Below are positions 59,057 through 64,000 of a DNA stretch of 64,000 bases, piece after piece. The translations under genes were made by a program, and so were the position numbers. The first letter of the stretch is position 1. Each line of letters begins with the position of its first letter. The notes below the pieces were generated by a model that was not told where the DNA came from, made no database searches, and saw nothing but the letters and a program-made list of their open reading frames with translations. Source of the DNA: Aminobacteriaceae bacterium (lineage in GTDB: Bacteria > Synergistota > Synergistia > Synergistales > Aminobacteriaceae); contig CAXXRY010000032.1 of NCBI GenBank assembly GCA_963668335.2, forward strand, positions 32,442 to 96,441. The letters are read 5' to 3'.

Positions 59057-59573
59057 CTAGTCCGCAGCGCCGTTACCCAAGGAGGCGCGGCGTACGGATT
59101 CAAGAACATCGACGGCTTTTTCTGACGTGAGCAGCCCGAAGACTTCCTCGTCCACCATCATAACCGGCGCCAGACTGCAACATCCCAGACAGGCGACGAA
59201 CTGAAGCGTAAACACTCCGTCGGAGGTTGTCCCGCCGTCGGTCACCGAAAGATGCCGCTGAATTTGCTCTCCTATACGCGCCGATCCCTGAACGTGACAT
59301 GCCGTTCCCCGGCAAAGGCGGATCACATGCTTTCCCTCCGGTTGCAGGCGGAACATGGCGTAAAATGTTGCGACGCCGAACATCTCCGCAGCAGGAATAT
59401 CCAGCTCGTGTGCTATAAAATCCACCGCTTCCGGAGCGATGTACCCCATCTCCCTCTGGAGATCCGCAAGAAGCGGTATGGTGATCCCCTTCCTTCCCCC
59501 GATATCGGTCCGCTATTGGAAGAAGTCGCTGCTCCAAAGCGGAACTCACGGAGGCCTCCGTCGACATGGTCAT
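59057..59573 (-). pseudogene. NuoE/HydC-like 2Fe-2S subunit; one frame break as sequenced
   Basis: The C-terminal part (CRGTACHV...CLGCCSLAP) is in ORF 59057-59449. The N-terminal part (MTMSTEASVSSALEQRLLPIADRYRGKEG) is in ORF 59100-59573. They join as ..KEGITIPLLADLQREMGYI.. if one C is removed from the C4 run at 59486-59489. Confidence 0.8.
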
Positions 59574-59701
59574 TTTCTCTCCTCCTCGTGCATTTTCAGT
59601 GAAATACCCCGGTGATGGTATTTATTATACCGCGTATTCAGGACAATTTACCATCCAAAAAGAAATTCGGTATATAATAAAACTCGACCGGGAGTGAGAT
59701 T

Positions 59702-59730
59702 TGATATATACTCCCCTCAAGTATATATCA
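59702..59730. promoter_or_regulatory. perfect 10-bp inverted repeat (candidate operator) just upstream of the glutaredoxin-like gene
   Basis: TGATATATAC - tcccctcaa - GTATATATCA. It ends 18 nt before the ATG, inside the divergent promoter region shared with the NuoE/F/G-like operon. Confidence 0.4.
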
Positions 59731-59748
59731 TCTATGGAGGTGTCTGTC

Positions 59749-59985
59749 ATGATCACAGTGTATTCAACAAAAACCTGCCCTTGGTGCACTAAGGTGAAGG
59801 AGTACCTGGAAGGAAAAGAAGTCCAGTTTGAAGTGATCGACGTCGCTGCCGACAGAGAGGCAGCCATGGAGATGGTTAAAAAGACTGGACAGATGGGTGT
59901 TCCGGTAACGAAGATAGGCGAAAAGTATATCGTGGGCTACAACCCCGAAGCAATCGACGAGGAGATCACGAAACTGAATCAGTAG
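59749..59985 (+). CDS. glutaredoxin-like protein (NrdH/YruB-like, CPWC active site)
   Basis: MITVYSTKTCPWCTKVKEYLEGKEVQFEVIDV...GVPVTKIGEKYIVGYN. ATG follows GGAGGTG. Confidence 0.85.
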   Translation: MITVYSTKTCPWCTKVKEYLEGKEVQFEVIDVAADREAAMEMVKKTGQMGVPVTKIGEKYIVGYNPEAIDEEITKLNQ

Positions 59986-60009
59986 GTTGTATGGGAAGGA
60001 GTGGAGAAA

Positions 60010-61425
60010 GTGGCGAGAGGAACACGTTCAGGCTCCGATCTGCTTACTGTGTCGTTCGGAATGGCGGTTGACGACGGGGCGAATTCGGCGTCTTCCCGAG
60101 GAGTGAGCGCAGAATCGCTGAAAGAGTGCGGAGATATTCTGGCGAAAGGCGATGCCTGGCTCCGGGAGGGACGCGCCGAGAGGAGAGACGGAGTAGGGTG
60201 GCTTGCCCTTCCTTACAGGGATATCAGCGATATCGAAGAAGCGGCGGAGTGGCTGCGGGGATTCACTGCAGTGGTCCAGGCGGGAATCGGCGGTTCCGCC
60301 CTCGGTAATCTAATGGTGCACGGCGCGCTTCTTCCCCCGTATTGGAACGAACTGCCCGAGGCAAAACGGGGCGGCCCCAGATTCTATCTTGCGGACAATG
60401 TCGATCCTCGTGATAACAGGACAGTCTGGAACCTTATCGAGCCTGAAAAGACCGCCTTCATCGTCATCAGCAAATCGGGGAGCACTGCCGAGACGATGGC
60501 GAATTTTCTCTTCTTTTGGGATCGACTGAAGGTGGAACTGGGTCCGAAAAGAGCAGCGGAACATGTTCTTGTCATCACCGATGAGGAAAAAGGCGTTCTG
60601 AAGCCATTTGCCGACGAGATCGGCTGCCGTCGTCTTGTACTTCCTTCGGATGTCGGCGGACGCTTTTCGGTGCTCTCTTCAGTGGGTCTTCTTTCCGCAT
60701 GCGCTCTCGGACTCGACGGGAAAAAACTGCTCGCCGGAGCCGCCGAGATGGACGAGCAACTTGCGCGGCGCACTTCTCTTTTCGAGAATCCGGCGTGGCT
60801 TCTTTCTGCACTCTCAGTCACTCACTACAGACGTGGTCGCAACATGACGGTCATGATGCCCTACGAAGATGCGCTCGAAAGGTTTTGCGAGTGGTTCGCG
60901 CAGCTCTGGGGCGAAAGCCTGGGAAAGAACGGCGTCGGGTCGACTCCCGTCCGTGCGCTGGGCGCCATTGATCAGCATTCACAGATTCAGCTGTACACTG
61001 AAGGGCCCGATGACAAGCTCTTTACCATTATCACTGTGTCCGAACCGGAAGAGGACATTTTAATCCCGGAGACGGAGGAACAGTCGCTCGTGCCGCTCGG
61101 ATACCTTTTCGGCCAGTCGATGAATTCGCTGCGCCGGTACGAAGCGCTATCGACTGCCGCGGCGGTTGCTAAGGGAGGAAAGCCGGTGGTGACCATCGAG
61201 ATTCCGCGACTGGATGAACGCCGGCTTGGCGCCTTGATACAGTTCTACGAACATGTAACGGCGCTTACGGGGTATGTGCTTGATGTGAACCCGTTTGATC
61301 AGCCCGGGGTGGAACAGGGGAAGAATTACACCTATGGATTGATGGGACGGCCGAATTACAGCGCACAAGCTCTTGAAGTGACCGAACTTGCCGAGAAACT
61401 CTCACTCAGGGAAGTTTCGCTCTGA
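60010..61425 (+). CDS. pgi: glucose-6-phosphate isomerase
   Basis: GIGGSALG, ISKSGSTAET, GGRFSVLS and DQHSQIQLYTEG motifs. The start is uncertain: GTG 60010 has better RBS spacing than GTG 60001. Confidence 0.88.
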   Translation: MARGTRSGSDLLTVSFGMAVDDGANSASSRGVSAESLKECGDILAKGDAWLREGRAERRDGVGWLALPYRDISDIEEAAEWLRGFTAVVQAGIGGSALGNLMVHGALLPPYWNELPEAKRGGPRFYLADNVDPRDNRTVWNLIEPEKTAFIVISKSGSTAETMANFLFFWDRLKVELGPKRAAEHVLVITDEEKGVLKPFADEIGCRRLVLPSDVGGRFSVLSSVGLLSACALGLDGKKLLAGAAEMDEQLARRTSLFENPAWLLSALSVTHYRRGRNMTVMMPYEDALERFCEWFAQLWGESLGKNGVGSTPVRALGAIDQHSQIQLYTEGPDDKLFTIITVSEPEEDILIPETEEQSLVPLGYLFGQSMNSLRRYEALSTAAAVAKGGKPVVTIEIPRLDERRLGALIQFYEHVTALTGYVLDVNPFDQPGVEQGKNYTYGLMGRPNYSAQALEVTELAEKLSLREVSL

Positions 61426-61437
61426 GCTTTAAAGGAA

Positions 61438-61478
61438 AAGAAAGCCGCGCCGAGAGCTGCTTTCGGCGCGGCTTTCTT
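61438..61478. terminator. bidirectional terminator between convergent pgi and the PEP/pyruvate-binding-domain gene
   Basis: AAGAAAGCCGCGCCGA ... TCGGCGCGGCTTTCTT, a stem of about 16 bp. Confidence 0.75.
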
Positions 61479-61491
61479 AGTATCGGCGAAA

Positions 61492-63330
61492 CTATTCTGC
61501 CCACCCGGAATCGGGTTCGTCCACACGATCCGCCACAACGACTCCCATATTTCTGTCTCCGTCTGTGTACACCGAAAAGGAGCCGGAGTAGATCCTGACG
61601 CCGGTGTGACCGCCGAGGGTATAGGGAGAGGAATCGAAGAAATGTTCGTCGAAGAGGTTGTTTTTCCCTCCCTCGTACACTGGCATGTACAGAATACCAT
61701 CTATTTCCAGGTCGGTGAAGAAGTGTGTGCCGAACGAGAGCTCGGGCATGTATCCTTCCTTTGGAAATCCTACCTCCACGATGCAGCAGCAGCGCGTAAT
61801 CTCATTGTACTGGACGGGAACTCCCAGCAGCGGATTGCTCGAACCGACTCGCCCCGGCGCCACCAGGATGAACCTGGAGCCTTTCAGCAGATCGTTCACA
61901 GAACCAATCGCCCTTGCGACGTCGTGAAAACGCGTCTCCTGAGCGTAGACATGATGATCGATGTAGACAAGGTAGGGAATGTTTTCCTTTACTCCGTGCG
62001 TGACCATACGGTCCGCGCGCAGTATGACATTACGGTTTTCGAGAGAAGGTATGGTTGCCGCGGATGTCTGTTCGCTGATCCAGAGAGGGCGCGCCTGGAC
62101 TATCTCAACAAGATCCTCGGTAGGATGGAATGCGAACTCGACGTCGGCGGGAACACCCATCTCCTTGTCAAGAAGCGAGAGCAAGTGTTTCATCCTGTCG
62201 AAAAAGTGTTTTGAGCGGAATGCGAACTCCTCGAAAGTAAAACAGACCTTTTCGCCCTTTCCGATGACCGAACCGTGACGGGACATCGGGGTAAAGTAAC
62301 CGCCCTCCTCGTCGGGGCTGTAAATCTGGGCATAGTCGGGAAAACAGCTGTGGTAGGGGAAGATATCTTTCCATATCTGCTTGACATCCACAGTAACAAG
62401 AGCTTTCTGTTCTCTGTCGATTACCTGAAAGTGTTCCTGGGCGTGGCGCATGATGTTGAAAGGGTTCTGCCCCTCCGGACGGAGTGAAGGGAGCGTCAGT
62501 GCAAATGTGCGGGCGTACCCTCGTTTCGTGCTCGTTGTTCCCATGCCGAAAACGAGGCGGATAATGCCGTCCTCGGATTTGATCCTCGTGGTCCATCGTC
62601 GGTAATAACGGGAGAAACCGACGCCGGCCATGGTTGGGTAGTAGTATTGTCCGCGCCATTTTCCGGCGACGCGCATCAGGATAATCCCCATTCTGTCGTT
62701 GCCCAATCCGTGTTTTTGGCGATAGGCGACCGCAACCGGGAAAAAAGTACGCGCGTAAATTCTTTTTATATCTTGTTCCACGTGTGCGGTCCGTTCTTCG
62801 AGAGACTCGTCCTCTCCGTTGAATTCAAATGTGGAGAGGTATTTCCCCGCGAAGGAGTATTTTAGGGAATCCTCAAGGACGCTGCTGCTCCGGACAACGA
62901 TAGGATCGGTTATTTTTTCGAGGAATCCTCTTACTGAAGCTGTCACACTGTCAGGAAGCTTCGTCGCCAAAAACGCTTCTTCAATAGCTTCTGGCGATTC
63001 TTCCTTAAGCGCTTCGAGATTCGGGATTTGTAAAACGACGCTGTCAAAAGAATCAGTGGCGATAAAAAGAGACGGCGGAAAGACCACCCGCTTCAGCGTC
63101 TCAATCCCGCTCTCCCGAAGCTTCGCCATTGCAAAAAGAAGAGATCGCCCCTTGCCCCCAATGCTCCCCTTGCCGATGATCAGGTGAGCAAACGAAGGAT
63201 CATTTAAAGGATCCCATTCGAAATATCTCCGGACGATTTCTTCGTTCTCCGTAAAGGATGCGCTTTGCTCTGAAGGGGAGAACTCTCCCGACGGCGAAGG
63301 CGATACCGAGTGTTCTTCATTTTTTCCCAT
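61492..63330 (-). CDS. PEP/pyruvate-binding (PPDK N-terminal ATP-grasp-like) domain protein with an unassigned C-terminal half
   Basis: IGKGSIGGKGRSLLFA and VRSSSVLEDSLKYSFAGKYLSTF resemble the nucleotide-binding domain of PEP synthase / PPDK. I could not see a phosphohistidine swivel motif. Confidence 0.6.
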   Translation of the reverse strand: MGKNEEHSVSPSPSGEFSPSEQSASFTENEEIVRRYFEWDPLNDPSFAHLIIGKGSIGGKGRSLLFAMAKLRESGIETLKRVVFPPSLFIATDSFDSVVLQIPNLEALKEESPEAIEEAFLATKLPDSVTASVRGFLEKITDPIVVRSSSVLEDSLKYSFAGKYLSTFEFNGEDESLEERTAHVEQDIKRIYARTFFPVAVAYRQKHGLGNDRMGIILMRVAGKWRGQYYYPTMAGVGFSRYYRRWTTRIKSEDGIIRLVFGMGTTSTKRGYARTFALTLPSLRPEGQNPFNIMRHAQEHFQVIDREQKALVTVDVKQIWKDIFPYHSCFPDYAQIYSPDEEGGYFTPMSRHGSVIGKGEKVCFTFEEFAFRSKHFFDRMKHLLSLLDKEMGVPADVEFAFHPTEDLVEIVQARPLWISEQTSAATIPSLENRNVILRADRMVTHGVKENIPYLVYIDHHVYAQETRFHDVARAIGSVNDLLKGSRFILVAPGRVGSSNPLLGVPVQYNEITRCCCIVEVGFPKEGYMPELSFGTHFFTDLEIDGILYMPVYEGGKNNLFDEHFFDSSPYTLGGHTGVRIYSGSFSVYTDGDRNMGVVVADRVDEPDSGWAE

Positions 63331-63419
63331 GTCATCTCTCCTTGAAGAGCATTGTCACTCCTTGAGGCAGGAGCGACCAGGTTCATCCGGCTGTGTTGTG
63401 CCGGAAGCTGAAGACCTGT

Positions 63420-64000
63420 TTAATCAACAATCGGAACAAAAGAACCGGAGCCCAGAGAATCAATCTCTTTCTTTCGACAAGAAGGAACTTCCCATCGGTC
63501 TCCTTCGTCGATGGATTTGAGTGCGTGGATTATATTGTACTTGATTCTTGGATTTCCGGCAGCAAGTTGATCAATGATTTTTTTCGCCCGCACTCTTTCC
63601 GTTTCCAGAGAAAAGGGGCAAATGTAGGGAAGAACCGGGAGTCCACGCCGGGAAACTTCTTTCGTGATTCGCCGCTCTTCCACTAGGATGAACGGACGGA
63701 TGACGGTGACGCCGGAGCGGCTCTGCCAGAATTTCGGCTGAAATGCCTTGAATCTGCCGGTGTTAAAAAGATTCATAAGAGAGGTTTCGACGGCATCGTC
63801 CAAGGTATGGCCCAGGGCCAGCACATTGCAACCGGCCTCTTTCACCGCCGTGTTCAAAATACCTCTGCGGATATTCGCGCACAGGCTGCACGGAGAGCGT
63901 TCGTTTCTGATATTGATAATATCGACTATGGGATGTGCTTTTACCGAATACGAAATGTCGAGGGATTCACAAAACGCTCGCAAAGACTCTGTATTCGTTT
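63420..64000 (-). CDS. PP-loop ATPase, TtcA-like tRNA thiolation protein (N-terminus beyond the window)
   Basis: CSLCANIRRGIL, LALGHTLDDAVETSLMNLFNTGRFKAFQPK and ICPF. The ORF stays open to the window end. Confidence 0.7.
   Translation of the reverse strand, partial: TNTESLRAFCESLDISYSVKAHPIVDIINIRNERSPCSLCANIRRGILNTAVKEAGCNVLALGHTLDDAVETSLMNLFNTGRFKAFQPKFWQSRSGVTVIRPFILVEERRITKEVSRRGLPVLPYICPFSLETERVRAKKIIDQLAAGNPRIKYNIIHALKSIDEGDRWEVPSCRKKEIDSLGSGSFVPIVD

Noticed and set aside
57110-59125. Very long ORFs antisense to real genes. Examples are 57110-59125 (+, 671 aa), 55646-57037 (+, 463 aa), 49385-50809 (-, 474 aa), 23093-24385 (-, 430 aa), 3933-5138 (-, 401 aa), 20635-21774 (-, 379 aa) and 52623-53786 (+, 387 aa).
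   Set aside because: Each lies exactly opposite a gene with strong family motifs. Their translations are Arg/Gly/Ser/Pro-rich low-complexity sequence with no recognisable domains and no RBS. This is the typical shadow-ORF artefact of GC-rich coding DNA.

Overview
This is a moderately GC-rich bacterial chromosomal segment with about 55 protein-coding genes, nearly all core metabolism or housekeeping. I found no rRNA, tRNA, CRISPR array, transposase, integrase or phage-like genes.

Gene order looks like a Bacillota- or Synergistota-type anaerobic amino-acid fermenter. That taxonomic guess is inference only. The main blocks are:
- rpsF-ssb-rpsR-yybS-rplI-dnaB and a Noc-like ParB
- type III glutamine synthetase
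- yggS-sepF-divIVA-recG-recX-rny-ymdB
- hypCDE
- a glycine reductase operon, grdX-trx-grdE-grdA-grdB-grdC-grdD, behind a promoter and a single-aptamer glycine riboswitch, with in-frame UGA (selenocysteine) codons in grdA and grdB
- an alanine/glycine:cation symporter, alr, tkt, queH, pepP, an unlisted 53-aa rubredoxin, miaB and comEA-comEC
- coaX, dus, lysS, ligA, gatCAB and an EF-G paralogue
- a NuoE/NuoF/(NuoG::GltD fusion) operon resembling HydABC-type electron-bifurcating enzymes but lacking a catalytic hydrogenase or formate dehydrogenase site
- a glutaredoxin-like gene, pgi and a TtcA-like gene

There is a major caveat. From about 25 kb onwards, at least 11 conserved genes, including the essential lysS, ligA and gatC, carry 1-nt frame breaks. 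Most sit in short homopolymer runs, and some occur as compensating pairs. I read these as sequencing or assembly indels rather than real pseudogenes, but this cannot be proven from the sequence alone.

I see no convincing evidence of an entirely new multi-gene system such as a defence island. The most unusual items are the Stn/Hyl-like fusion oxidoreductase operon, the riboswitch-controlled selenoprotein grd operon, a Noc-like orphan ParB and several strong palindromes in divergent promoter regions.
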